Below are positions 1 through 10,261 of a stretch of DNA of 64,000 nt, piece after piece. The stretch is from the NCBI GenBank assembly GCA_902496015.1, contig CABUZJ010000003.1, positions 18,402 through 82,401 on the forward strand, written 5' to 3'. The notes below the pieces were generated by a model. That model did no database searches, was not told where the DNA came from, and saw only the letters and a list, made by a program, of their open reading frames with translations. The DNA comes from an uncultured Eubacteriales bacterium. GTDB taxonomy: Bacteria > Bacillota > Clostridia > Christensenellales > UBA1242. Position 1 is the stretch's first letter. Every line of letters begins with the position of its first letter. A program made the translations under genes and the position numbers.

Positions 1-2186
1 TTTTAAGTCTAATTATTATTGCATTTATTTCTCTTCTTATTTTTTATTTTGTAGCAACTGCTGGCTTAAATTTGAATACAAAAACGCTTGCTCTTGCTGG
101 CAATGGGAATGTAACAGTTTATGCAAATAATGGCGAAGAAATAGATGCTAAGTGGAGTTCTATTAATTCTAAAATAAAATTAAATGAACTAAAAGATTAC
201 ACAATTAATGCCTTTATTTCTATGGAAGATAAAAAATTTTATAGGCATAATGGAATAGATATTTTAAGAATTGGTGGAGCCATATTAAATAATATTAAGT
301 CAGGTAAAGCAAAACAAGGGGGCTCAACTATAAGCCAACAACTTGTTAAAAATAGTCAACTTTCACAAGAAAAAACTTATACAAGAAAATTAAAGGAGAT
401 TAAACTTACTAGACAATTAGAAAAAAAATTTAGTAAAGATGAAATTCTTGAAATGTATTTAAACACTATTTATTTTGGAAATGGGTGTTATGGTATAGAA
501 GATGCGTCTTTGTTTTATTTTAATAAACATGCCAAAGATTTATCATTAAATGAAAGTGCTTTACTTGTTGCAACTATTAATGCCCCATCAGTTTATAACC
601 CAATAACAAATTATGATAAAACAATAGACCGCAAAAATTTAGTTTTAAAAAGTATGCTTGAAGATAATAAAATTAGTCAAGAAGAATATAACAAAAATAT
701 TAGTGAAGCAATTAAAATTTATGAAAACAATTTATCTAATTCATACAGTGAAGCAGTTATTAATGAAGCATGTGAAATATTGGGTGTAACTGAAAATCAA
801 TTAATAAACCTAGAACTAAAAATTTATACTTATCAAGATGTTAATCTTCAAAAACAAGCAGAAAAACAAATAAATACTGGAAATTATAATCCAAAACAAA
901 ATGGTGCAATTCCATCAATATCTTCAATGATAATAGATAATAATAAATTTGCTGTTATAGCATTTGCAAGCAACGGGAATGGTGAACTTTTTAAAAGAAG
1001 ACAACCTGGTTCAGCAATTAAACCAATTTTGGTTTATGCCCCAGCAATAGAAAATAATATAATATCTCCTGCAACAAAAATTTTAGATGAGCCAATTAAC
1101 TTTAATGGATATAGCCCTACGAATGCCAGCAAAACTTATTCAGGTTATGTTTCAATAAGAACAGCACTAGAAAAATCTTTAAATATTCCTGCGATTAAAG
1201 TTTTAAGCTACACAGGCATAGAAAAATCTAAGGAATTTGCAGAAAAATTAGGCATTACGTTTAGTGAAAACGATAACAACTATGCAATAGCATTAGGTGG
1301 ATTTACAAATGGTGTAACAATGTTGGAACTTGCAAATTCTTACTCAGCATTTGCTAATGAAGGAAGATTTGCCACTGCTAAATTTATAAGGCAAATAAAG
1401 AATGCTAAAAATGAAGTAATTTATAATCACAACCCGCAACCAAAACAAGTAATGCAAAATTCAACTGCTTATTTAATGAATGATATGTTAATTGGTGTTA
1501 GTAAACATGGAACAGCATCAAGGTTAAAAAACTTCAACTTTGAAATAGGAGCAAAAACTGGAACTGTGGGTGAAAAAGGAAGTTCTAAAAACACAGATGC
1601 TTGGAGTGTGGCATACACAACGGAACATACATTTTTAACTCACATAGGAACAAACTTAAAGGTAAGCTCATTAGATAGTTCGGTTAATGGTTCAACCTAC
1701 CCAACTCTATTTAATAGAGATATAATTAGTCATACATATAGAACGCATAATCCAAATAATTTCAGACAACCAGATAGTGCTGTATATGCTCAAATAGATG
1801 CAATAAGTTATGAAGATAATTTAGTTGAACTTGCAAATGAAAGTTTAGATGATAGATATAAAATTACTGAATTGTTTAAAAAAGATAACTTACCAGAAAC
1901 AAGTGAAAGAATAATAATAAAACAACCAAATTTAATGGTTTACATGTTTGAAAATCTTGCTCCAAAGTTGAAATTTAGAACTCAGTTTAATGTAAATTTT
2001 AGCATTATGCGAGATGATGGTGGCGGATTTAATAACATTAGAGAAATTAATGGAGATGGACAGGAATTTGAATTTTTTGATAACAGTGCAAAAAAAGGCA
2101 ATGTTTACACTTATAAAGTAGTTGCATATAAGAATAATGATTTATCAAATGTTTCATCTAATACAATAAAAATTTACTATAAATAA
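1..2186 (+). CDS. Class A penicillin-binding protein (PBP1A-type glycosyltransferase/transpeptidase); 5' end lies outside the window
   Basis: The in-frame hydrophobic TM-like sequence runs back to base 3, so the listed TTG at 72 is not the real start. GT51 motifs EDKKFYRHNGID and GGSTISQQLVKN. Transpeptidase motifs SxxK (GSAIKP), SxN (KSLNIP) and KTG (AKTGT). Confidence 0.9.
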   Translation, partial: LSLIIIAFISLLIFYFVATAGLNLNTKTLALAGNGNVTVYANNGEEIDAKWSSINSKIKLNELKDYTINAFISMEDKKFYRHNGIDILRIGGAILNNIKSGKAKQGGSTISQQLVKNSQLSQEKTYTRKLKEIKLTRQLEKKFSKDEILEMYLNTIYFGNGCYGIEDASLFYFNKHAKDLSLNESALLVATINAPSVYNPITNYDKTIDRKNLVLKSMLEDNKISQEEYNKNISEAIKIYENNLSNSYSEAVINEACEILGVTENQLINLELKIYTYQDVNLQKQAEKQINTGNYNPKQNGAIPSISSMIIDNNKFAVIAFASNGNGELFKRRQPGSAIKPILVYAPAIENNIISPATKILDEPINFNGYSPTNASKTYSGYVSIRTALEKSLNIPAIKVLSYTGIEKSKEFAEKLGITFSENDNNYAIALGGFTNGVTMLELANSYSAFANEGRFATAKFIRQIKNAKNEVIYNHNPQPKQVMQNSTAYLMNDMLIGVSKHGTASRLKNFNFEIGAKTGTVGEKGSSKNTDAWSVAYTTEHTFLTHIGTNLKVSSLDSSVNGSTYPTLFNRDIISHTYRTHNPNNFRQPDSAVYAQIDAISYEDNLVELANESLDDRYKITELFKKDNLPETSERIIIKQPNLMVYMFENLAPKLKFRTQFNVNFSIMRDDGGGFNNIREINGDGQEFEFFDNSAKKGNVYTYKVVAYKNNDLSNVSSNTIKIYYK

Positions 2187-2220
2187 AAAGCAGACTAACA
2201 ATCTGCTCTTTATTTATTTT
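2186..2220. terminator. Weak hairpin between the convergent PBP gene and thiI
   Basis: agcaga(2189-2194)/tctgct(2202-2207), 7-nt loop, followed by ctttatttatttt. The stem is only 6 bp. Confidence 0.4.
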
Positions 2221-3377
2221 TAAATAGTAATAATTTCTGCTGTATTCATTGCTTCTTCTATTAATAATTCCACATCTAATTTTGCTTCTTCTCTTAGCAC
2301 ATTTTCAAGTTTTGGTCTTGTAACGGGATTTCTAGGTAAAAAAACCGTGCAACAATCTTCATAAGGTTGAATTGAAATATCATATGTATTTATTTTCTTT
2401 GATAAATCAATGATTTCAACTTTATCAAATGCTATTAATGGTCGTGCAATAACAGTGTTTTGAATTACATTCTCAACAACCGTCATACTTTCAATAGTTT
2501 GACTTGCAACTTGCCCTAAATTTTCACCAGTGATAATCATTTTATAGTTATTATCTTTTGCAATCTTTTCTGCAATTCTAAACATAAATCTGCGTAATAA
2601 TGTAATCATATAATCGGCTTTACACTTTTTGTGAATCTCTTGTTGGATTTTTGTTACGCTTATTATATGAAGATTTATATTGCCTGAGTAATCATTTAGT
2701 TTTTTAGCAAGTTCAATAACTTTTTCTTTTGCCTGTGGGCTTGTGTAAGGGAAACTATGAAAATGAAGAGCAGATAATTTAACTCCCCTTTTCGCCATAA
2801 GATAACCTGCAACAGGGCTATCTATTCCTCCAGATAATAGCAATAAACCATTACCAGAAGAACCAACAGGCATTCCACCCATGCCTAATTGAGTTTTTGT
2901 GAAAATATAACTACTTCCATTTTCTCTAATATCAATGTTAATAATATTGTCTGGTTTTATAACATCAACTTTAAGTTTTGGATTATTTTTAAGACATTCT
3001 TCACCAATTTGTTTTGAAACTAACATCGAATTTAACGAAAAAGTTTTATCTGCTCTATTGGTTTCGACTTTGAATGTTCCTGTAAGATTCTTGCTAAGTT
3101 CCTTTGCATATTGTGCTATATTCTCATAAGTGCTACTGAATTCAATTGCAGGGGAAAATGAAAAGATACCCGAAATTTTTTCAAGTACATTTAATATAGA
3201 TTTTTCATCTTTATTTTGAAAGTTGTAAACAATATATCTACCTGAAATATGTTTAAGTTTTGCTTTAAATTTTGAAAGAGCAAGTTCAATGTTTTCAACC
3301 AATAGTTTTTCAAAAAATCCTCTATTTTTTCCTTTTAAATGTATCTCAGCATATCTAATAATTATCACTTTTTCCAT
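2220..3377 (-). CDS. thiI: tRNA 4-thiouridine synthase / sulfurtransferase ThiI
   Basis: N-terminus IIRYAEIHLKGKNR and PP-loop SGGIDSPVAG. Start moved to ATG 3377 (MEKV), preceded by AGGAAAG; this removes the overlap with the upstream gene. Confidence 0.9.
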   Translation of the reverse strand: MEKVIIIRYAEIHLKGKNRGFFEKLLVENIELALSKFKAKLKHISGRYIVYNFQNKDEKSILNVLEKISGIFSFSPAIEFSSTYENIAQYAKELSKNLTGTFKVETNRADKTFSLNSMLVSKQIGEECLKNNPKLKVDVIKPDNIINIDIRENGSSYIFTKTQLGMGGMPVGSSGNGLLLLSGGIDSPVAGYLMAKRGVKLSALHFHSFPYTSPQAKEKVIELAKKLNDYSGNINLHIISVTKIQQEIHKKCKADYMITLLRRFMFRIAEKIAKDNNYKMIITGENLGQVASQTIESMTVVENVIQNTVIARPLIAFDKVEIIDLSKKINTYDISIQPYEDCCTVFLPRNPVTRPKLENVLREEAKLDVELLIEEAMNTAEIITI

Positions 3378-3390
3378 AGTTTGCTTTCCT

Positions 3391-4515
3391 TTATGCATAA
3401 ATTGTATCAATTATTTCTTTAAATTGTTGAGCAATAAAATTCATATCATATTCTTCATGTGCTGAAAAAGAAATTCTTATTGCACTATCAATTTCTTGTG
3501 CTTTTTTACCCATATTTTCCAAAGTTCGATTTCCCCGTTTTTTAGAAGAGCAAGCAGAGCCTGTGGCAATTAAAATATCTTTTTCTGCAAGTGCGTGAAG
3601 CAGAACTTCCCCCCTAATTCCTTTTATTGATATATTTAATATATAAGGCGAACTATATTCTACATTGCCATTAATTTCAAATTCAATATTTTGATTTATA
3701 AGTGCAGATATTAAATTTTGTTTGTCGCATTTAACTTTATTATAATCGTCTTTCAATTTTGCAATTTTTAATTTAATTGCCGTGTAAAAACCATTTATAT
3801 ATGCCGTATTTTCTGTCCCAGATATAAGGTTATATTCTTGACCACCGCCATAAATTAATGTCTTTAATTTGTTTATATCCTTTGCATATAAAGCCCCAAT
3901 TCCTTTGGGCCCATGAATTTTGTGTGCGGAAATTGTATAAAAGTCAACGCCTAAATTTTCAATATTTACATCAATTTTACCAAATGCTTGAACACCGTCA
4001 CTAAAAATTAAACAATTAGGATTTATTTGTTTTGCAAAACTAGAAATTTCACTAATATCATTTATTGTACCTGTTTCATTGCTCACATGTAAAACAGCAA
4101 CCAGTGCAACGTCTGGTGTCATTTTCTTTTTAAAATCTTCAAAATTTATTCTACCATCTTCTTGCAAAGCAATGTAATCAACCATAACATTTTTTGTTTG
4201 CATTTGTTTTGCACATTCATAAACAGAAGCATGTTCACCAGCACTAACTAAAATTTTTTTACAAGATTTTGGATTTAAGCTGTTAAACACTAAATTATTC
4301 GCACAGGTGGCACTAGGGGTAAAAATTAAGTCACCTTGATTTGCACCTAAGATATTCAAAATGTTTTGTCTTATTAAATTTACTTTTTTTTCAATTAATT
4401 TTGCTTGTTTATATTTTGCACCCATATTTAAATAATCTTCTTGTAATGCAATTGCAATAGCATTAATAACTTCATTTAATGGTTTTGTGGTGCTTGCATT
4501 ATCTAAATTAATCAT
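3391..4515 (-). CDS. Cysteine desulfurase (class V aminotransferase, NifS/NifZ-like), adjacent to thiI
   Basis: PLP-lysine motif SAHKIHGPKGIG, catalytic loop TGSACSS, and position directly upstream of thiI. Confidence 0.85.
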   Translation of the reverse strand: MINLDNASTTKPLNEVINAIAIALQEDYLNMGAKYKQAKLIEKKVNLIRQNILNILGANQGDLIFTPSATCANNLVFNSLNPKSCKKILVSAGEHASVYECAKQMQTKNVMVDYIALQEDGRINFEDFKKKMTPDVALVAVLHVSNETGTINDISEISSFAKQINPNCLIFSDGVQAFGKIDVNIENLGVDFYTISAHKIHGPKGIGALYAKDINKLKTLIYGGGQEYNLISGTENTAYINGFYTAIKLKIAKLKDDYNKVKCDKQNLISALINQNIEFEINGNVEYSSPYILNISIKGIRGEVLLHALAEKDILIATGSACSSKKRGNRTLENMGKKAQEIDSAIRISFSAHEEYDMNFIAQQFKEIIDTIYA

Positions 4516-4588
4516 ATTAACCTCACAACACTGTTAGTTTAACACAATATGCTTAGTTTTTGCAAGACGAATTTATAAATAATATGGT

Positions 4589-5257
4589 TTATGGAATCAA
4601 GTTTAACATTTCATTTAAAGTGTTAGACTTTAAGTATGTGTCTGGTATATCCCCAATTATAACACTTTCACATAACAAAACATCACTGTTCGTTTTTACA
4701 TTCATATTATTAAATGGCAATATAACATTTATTGCACTTGATACATTTAAATAAATTTTATGTTGAGTTTGGTTAATCCCAGCACTTATAAATTTACTTT
4801 CAAATACACAACTAATGTCTCCATAAGGGTAAATATTAATCGGCACCTTTGGACCAATGCCGGCAAAAATTGGAATGCCAGTGAAAGCACCAATGGCAAT
4901 ACCAATTGGCGTTTTAACGAGTTCATTCAATGTTTGCATTGTAACCCTTCCAATTAGTTTACTTAAACTATTGATTTGTATTGAATTTGCTTGAATCATG
5001 CTAATTTTACCCGAACTATCTGTTACAATATGAATTAAATCTTCATATGTTATGTTTTGATTCATTGCTTCTGTTATTGCCACATTCATTGCTTTATTAG
5101 CATAAACTATAACCTGTGATTTAGCAGTATTTATTAAAAGTGGTGTAACAATAAATTTCATGTAACAAAAAATCAATAAAAAAACAACAAAAAAGATAGA
5201 CAATGTTTTTGCCAATTTCTTTCTTTTAGAAAAATTAATCACTTTTATTGTTGTCAT
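4589..5257 (-). CDS. yunB: Sporulation protein YunB
   Basis: N-terminal TM segment, GPKVPINIYPYGDI and AGINQTQHKIYLNV, which resemble the Spore_YunB family. Confidence 0.75.
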   Translation of the reverse strand: MTTIKVINFSKRKKLAKTLSIFFVVFLLIFCYMKFIVTPLLINTAKSQVIVYANKAMNVAITEAMNQNITYEDLIHIVTDSSGKISMIQANSIQINSLSKLIGRVTMQTLNELVKTPIGIAIGAFTGIPIFAGIGPKVPINIYPYGDISCVFESKFISAGINQTQHKIYLNVSSAINVILPFNNMNVKTNSDVLLCESVIIGDIPDTYLKSNTLNEMLNLIP

Positions 5258-5319
5258 TATTAAATTATATTAATTAAATTAATTATTAATGTCATAATAA
5301 ATTATAAAAATTTTTAATT

Positions 5320-5358
5320 AAAAAATACGCAAAACGATAACAAGTTTTGCGTTTTTAT
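5320..5358 (-). terminator. Intrinsic terminator after the spoVA operon
   Basis: acgcaaaac(5327-5335)/gttttgcgt(5344-5352) flanked by A and T runs. Looks bidirectional. Confidence 0.6.
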
Positions 5359-5391
5359 TGAATACTTTAAAAGTAAATGTTATTTTTTGCA

Positions 5392-5766
5392 TTAATTTTT
5401 TTTAGTTTTACTATTTGTGCAAAGAGCAACCAAATAACTAAGTCCAATTGAAACGGCAATGCCAGCACTTGTTGCAATTAAACCACCACCAAGTGCACCA
5501 AACAAACCATAAGTTTTTGCTCCATTAATTGCACCCCGAGCAAGAGCACTTCCAAAACCAATAATTGGCAGTGTTGCACCTGCCCCAGCCCACTCTATAA
5601 TATAATTATATATTCCAAAACCACCTAATATTGCACCAATTAATAAAAATAAAACTAAGATTCTTGCAGGTGTAATTTTAGTAGTAATTATAATTATTTC
5701 ACCTATCATGCAAATAGTTCCACCAACAAATAAAACCTTTAAATACATTAGTAATGTTTCTGCCAT
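5392..5766 (-). CDS. spoVAE: Stage V sporulation protein AE (SpoVAEB-type)
   Basis: Gly-rich polytopic membrane protein downstream of spoVAD. Start set at ATG 5766 (MAETLL), preceded by AAGGAGA. Confidence 0.85.
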   Translation of the reverse strand: MAETLLMYLKVLFVGGTICMIGEIIIITTKITPARILVLFLLIGAILGGFGIYNYIIEWAGAGATLPIIGFGSALARGAINGAKTYGLFGALGGGLIATSAGIAVSIGLSYLVALCTNSKTKKN

Positions 5767-5776
5767 AATATTCTCC

Positions 5777-6781
5777 TTAATTTTCAATTAAAACTAAATG
5801 AGCAACGCAAGGTATTGTTTCCCCCTGTTGATTTGTTGTAGTGCTCATTAATGCACCTGTTGCAACAAATATTACCCTATTAAATTCTTTATTTTTCATT
5901 TTGTCGTATATGTAAGAGTTCAACACAATTGCAGAACATCCAGCACCACTTCCCCCTTGAAAAGTCTTTTGCTCGGCATTAAACAAACAGTGTCCACAAT
6001 CCATGTAATTTGCTCCAAGCTTAATGTCGACTTTAGCAAGTAAATCTCTTAAAATATCACTTCCCAATTTCCCTAGGTCGCCTGTTGCAATTAAGTCGTA
6101 ATCTTTTGGAGATGTGTTTGTGTCTTTAAAAAATGCATAAAGAGTTTCATATGCGGCAGGAGCCATGGCTGCACCCATATTAGCGATATCTGAAATGCCA
6201 AAATCTGTAACTTTTCCAAATGTAATTTTAGAAATTTTAGGGCCTTCGCCCTTTGTTGAAAGCACACAACAGCCTGCACCAGTTGCAGTCCACTGCGAAT
6301 ATGTTTGACGCTGATTTCCAAATTCTAATGGGTTTCTATATTGTCTTTCAGCTGCACTGAAATGGCTTCCAGTTAAACAAACAACCGTTTCGCCCACCCC
6401 ACCGCTCATCATAGCGGCAGCAACTGCCAAACTTTCAGTCATTGTAGAGCAAGCACTATAAACACCAACAAGTGGTATTTGAAAAGTTCTAGCGGTGTAA
6501 TTAATGCTAACTAACTGATTTAAAATATCACCACCAACTAAATAATCAACATCGGTTGTTTTTAATTTTGCTCTTTTTAAACATAGTTGAAGTGCTTTCT
6601 CAAAAAATTTTCTTTCAGCTTTTTCAAAAGTTTTTTCGCCCATTGTATCATCAGTTGCGTAATGCTTTAAATATTTGCCAAATGGTCCAAATGCTTCTTT
6701 TTCTCCCACAAATGTGGCAGTTGCGGTTATAACTGGTTTATCTTCCAATTCAAAAGTTTGGTCGCCAATTTTTTTATTCAT
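5777..6781 (-). CDS. spoVAD: Stage V sporulation protein AD (thiolase-like)
   Basis: 334 aa with a thiolase-like sequence (GVYSACST, GSGAGCSA), lying between spoVAC and spoVAE. Confidence 0.9.
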   Translation of the reverse strand: MNKKIGDQTFELEDKPVITATATFVGEKEAFGPFGKYLKHYATDDTMGEKTFEKAERKFFEKALQLCLKRAKLKTTDVDYLVGGDILNQLVSINYTARTFQIPLVGVYSACSTMTESLAVAAAMMSGGVGETVVCLTGSHFSAAERQYRNPLEFGNQRQTYSQWTATGAGCCVLSTKGEGPKISKITFGKVTDFGISDIANMGAAMAPAAYETLYAFFKDTNTSPKDYDLIATGDLGKLGSDILRDLLAKVDIKLGANYMDCGHCLFNAEQKTFQGGSGAGCSAIVLNSYIYDKMKNKEFNRVIFVATGALMSTTTNQQGETIPCVAHLVLIEN

Positions 6782-6790
6782 ATCAACTCC

Positions 6791-7246
6791 TTAAAATAAT
6801 AATATAATACTATAAATTAAACCAATAATTAATGAATATGCAACGCCATTTGCAATTACAGGGCCTGCTATATAAAACATTTTTGCACCTAAACCAAACA
6901 CTAGTCCTTCTTTTTTAAATTCAATTGCACATGAAGCAATTGAATTTGCAAAACCTGAAATAGGAATAACAGTACCAGCCCCACCAAATCTTGCAATTCT
7001 ATCAAACACTCCAAAACCTGTAAGCAATATTGTTATTGTTATAACAATTACATTTATCCATGTTCCCACCGTTAAAATATCCATTAAAGGAAAATATGCT
7101 TTTAATATGTCTCCACACATTTGTCCAAAACAACAAATTGCACCACCAACTAAAAAAGCGTGAAATAAAGATTTAAACCAACTTGCTTTTGGTGATTTGT
7201 TTTCTACATATCTAACATAATTTTGGTTTCTAATTTTAGTATTCAC
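6791..7246 (-). CDS. spoVAC: Stage V sporulation protein AC
   Basis: 151-aa membrane protein with FLVGGAICCFGQ and ARFGGAGTVIPISGFANS. GTG start preceded by GGAGGA. Confidence 0.9.
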   Translation of the reverse strand: MNTKIRNQNYVRYVENKSPKASWFKSLFHAFLVGGAICCFGQMCGDILKAYFPLMDILTVGTWINVIVITITILLTGFGVFDRIARFGGAGTVIPISGFANSIASCAIEFKKEGLVFGLGAKMFYIAGPVIANGVAYSLIIGLIYSIILLF

Positions 7247-7368
7247 TTTAATCCTCCATAACTATATGTAAAATTTTGAACTTGTTTTAATTTTTTATTC
7301 ACAATAATAAATAGTTTTTAAAATTTTAGCCAAACTATCAAATAAGGACTAATATAAGGAGTAATATT

Positions 7369-9402
7369 ATGAAAAAAATATTATGTGGTTTATTTTCAAT
7401 AATGTTAATGATAATATTTGCAGGATGCACAAATAGCACCAAAACATTAGCAAGAAATCTTGATAGCACAATAACTAATTTGATTTATTCAGTAAGCAAT
7501 TTAGATTTGTTAGATAAAACAACCATAAGTCAAGTAAAAGAATTAACCAATTCGTTAAATGGCATTACAACAAATAATAATAATCTAAGTGATATTGATA
7601 ATAATGAATGTACTTCTAAGAATACAAGTAAAATATCCGCATTACAAACTAACGCCGAAATTCAAAATATTATTAAAATTAAAACCGAACCAAAAATAAA
7701 AAATAAAGATTGTGATGGTTCTAATAAAGATTGCACTACTGCATTGCCAGATAAAGAAAATAATGCAAATCAACAAAATATATCAAATACAAATAATGAA
7801 AATAAAAACGCAATTTTAAACACAGAATGTGAAAATAATTCAAATAATATTGAAAATATAACTGAAAATGCAGAAAATTGTGATAAATGCGAAAATGATA
7901 ATGATTGTGATAAACAAGATGATAATATTTCAAATGATTCATTAACGCCAAATAATAATAGCTCAAACAATGAGCAGAATAACATTATTAATAACGAAAA
8001 TATAAAAGACAATCAAATTGAAGATTTTTCTAATATAGCTAATGGGATTACAGAAGATTCAACAGTAGACACCACTACACCTTTAACAAGTCTATACACC
8101 AACTTAGAATTAAGTTCAAACAGAATTCAAGCATTAATAAATGATTTAGTTAATATAAGAACTGTTATAATGCTTTATATTAGTGATTTATATAATGGTA
8201 ATATATCAATTTCACAACAAGAAATTAATGCAATAAATTCTTATGCTAATATAATAAAAGAGTCAACTGCATATTTAAGGTCTAATCGTGGAATGGTTAG
8301 AAACCATATAAACGAGGCTAATAATTTTTTAACAGATGGTAACAATTCAAGTCTTGCCAATTCTCACATAATAAGAGCTACTGAAACTTTAAATACAAGA
8401 TGTGCAAAACTCGAAGCTGCAATTATTGCCACATATAACATTGCTAATATAATAAAAAATAATATTGATGCTACATCTAACAATGAAAATATAAATGCTT
8501 CTGGTAATAATTTAGAAGAAACTGATAATATTGCTTCTGCTCTTTCAGGATTTGAAGGAAGTGGATTATTTGGTCAGAACTCTCCTAATTATTACATAAA
8601 TAATCCTATGAACATGGGTGTTAACGGAGGAAATTATTTTTATAATGGGAATTTAAATTATAACAACATGGGCTATGGTTATTATCCTTATAGTTATAAT
8701 AATTATGGTTATTATCCAAATATGAATATGAATGAATTTCCTATAAATAATGCTAATTATAATGTTGGATATAATGGTTATAATTATATGTTACCTAATT
8801 ACAATTTCGGTTATGGAAATTACAACTCTCCACAATATGGTAATTACGGTTATGGAAATAGTTTTAATAATTTTGGATATGAAAATTCTGTTAACCCTAT
8901 TATAGAAAAGAATAACAATGTTATTCCAAACTCTGGCAATTTAAATATTAATAGCACAAAAATGCCTAATGTTTTAACTGGTTTAGTTTCAAAAGACGAA
9001 CAAGAAAGTTTGATTGATGCCGAAAACCAATTAGAAGATAATTTACTTGATGAGAATAAATTGGCAATTTGTTCAGCAAATTTTATAGAAGATAATAATG
9101 AAATTAATAATGAGAATAATAATTTACAGACATTAGAAAAAATACACGATGAAATTGATCCCGAATTTAGTGTTTCCCCTGAAAAACATATAACCCCACA
9201 TTATCATAATGCTTATCAGGAAACAACAAGAAGAATTTTTGAAAAATATCAAAATAAAAGAAAGGATTTAACCCCTTCTCTTTATAATACAAAAAGTGCT
9301 AATGATGACTGTGGTTATATTGTAAATTTAAACGAAAAGGCACACAAAACACCATATAAAAATAATTCAAATGACATAATGACGCTTGAATATTTAAAAT
9401 AA
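7369..9402 (+). CDS. Asn/Asp-rich and Tyr/Gly/Asn-rich lipoprotein of unknown function
   Basis: Signal peptide with lipobox IIFAGC. RBS taaggag. Long low-complexity regions. Followed by a strong terminator. Confidence 0.75.
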   Translation: MKKILCGLFSIMLMIIFAGCTNSTKTLARNLDSTITNLIYSVSNLDLLDKTTISQVKELTNSLNGITTNNNNLSDIDNNECTSKNTSKISALQTNAEIQNIIKIKTEPKIKNKDCDGSNKDCTTALPDKENNANQQNISNTNNENKNAILNTECENNSNNIENITENAENCDKCENDNDCDKQDDNISNDSLTPNNNSSNNEQNNIINNENIKDNQIEDFSNIANGITEDSTVDTTTPLTSLYTNLELSSNRIQALINDLVNIRTVIMLYISDLYNGNISISQQEINAINSYANIIKESTAYLRSNRGMVRNHINEANNFLTDGNNSSLANSHIIRATETLNTRCAKLEAAIIATYNIANIIKNNIDATSNNENINASGNNLEETDNIASALSGFEGSGLFGQNSPNYYINNPMNMGVNGGNYFYNGNLNYNNMGYGYYPYSYNNYGYYPNMNMNEFPINNANYNVGYNGYNYMLPNYNFGYGNYNSPQYGNYGYGNSFNNFGYENSVNPIIEKNNNVIPNSGNLNINSTKMPNVLTGLVSKDEQESLIDAENQLEDNLLDENKLAICSANFIEDNNEINNENNNLQTLEKIHDEIDPEFSVSPEKHITPHYHNAYQETTRRIFEKYQNKRKDLTPSLYNTKSANDDCGYIVNLNEKAHKTPYKNNSNDIMTLEYLK

Positions 9403-9442
9403 TTTATAATGAAATTCTTAATTTCTATTTATTTAATCTTAT

Positions 9443-9478
9443 AAAAAGCACTCAACCAAATTTATTGAGTGCTTTTTA
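9443..9478. terminator. Bidirectional intrinsic terminator (lipoprotein gene / sigF)
   Basis: agcactcaa(9447-9455)/ttgagtgct(9465-9473), with an A-run before and a T-run after. Confidence 0.75.
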
Positions 9479-9505
9479 TTATTCATAATTTACATTCCAA
9501 ATCTT

Positions 9506-10258
9506 TTATTCATTTAATTTTTTTCTTAAATTTTCAATTATTTTTGCTTCAATTCTAGAAACCTGAACCTGACTCACATTTAACATTTGTGCAACTTCTG
9601 CTTGTGTTTTTCCACGGAAATATCTAAGTAATAAAATTTTTTTATCTCTTTCAGGCAGTTTTTCAATTTCGTCTTTAAGTAGAAAATTATCTAAAATTTG
9701 TTCACTTTTATCATCTACAACAATTTTGTCTATTAAATGTGGACTATTTTCACTTTTATCATCTGTTTTTTCATAAAGTGATACAGTTTCTTTTGTGCTG
9801 TCTAAAGCAATAACTATGTCTTGTGGGTCTACATTAAAAATATCTGCTAATTGTTCGATAGTTGGTGAAGAGTTATTTGCTTTTTTATATTCATCAATAT
9901 ATGTTTTGATTTTAACAGAAAGGCTTTTTATTGCTCTACTCACTTTTATCATGCCATCATCTCTTAAAAATCGCTTTATTTCTCCTGCAATCATTGGCAC
10001 GGCATATGTAGAAAATTTCACACCAAAACTCTCATCAAAATTTTTAATTGCTTTTAAAAAACCAACACAACCGAGTTGATAAAGGTCGTCATATTCAACC
10101 CCTTTAAACTGATATCTTTTAAGCACAGATTTTATTAGTGGAAAATTTCCTGCGATTAATTTATTTTTTGCTTGCTCATTTCCAGCTTGAGCTAATTTTA
10201 ATAATTCATTAGTTTCTTCAATTGAAAGGGGAATAAATTCTTCTTTTTCATTTTGCAT
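9506..10258 (-). CDS. sigF: Sporulation sigma factor F
   Basis: Sigma-70 regions 2 to 4 (DLYQLGCVGFLKAIKNFD, FSTYAVPMIAGEIKRFLRD, QAEVAQMLNVSQVQVSRIE), directly after spoIIAB. Confidence 0.92.
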   Translation of the reverse strand: MQNEKEEFIPLSIEETNELLKLAQAGNEQAKNKLIAGNFPLIKSVLKRYQFKGVEYDDLYQLGCVGFLKAIKNFDESFGVKFSTYAVPMIAGEIKRFLRDDGMIKVSRAIKSLSVKIKTYIDEYKKANNSSPTIEQLADIFNVDPQDIVIALDSTKETVSLYEKTDDKSENSPHLIDKIVVDDKSEQILDNFLLKDEIEKLPERDKKILLLRYFRGKTQAEVAQMLNVSQVQVSRIEAKIIENLRKKLNE

Positions 10259-10261
10259 AAG

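Noticed and set aside
7736-8012. Antisense ORFs inside the Asn-rich region of the lipoprotein gene (7736-7966 and 7770-8012).
   Set aside because: This is low-complexity AAT/GAT-rich DNA that stays open in several frames. There are no start-site signals, and the sense frame has the signal peptide and terminator.
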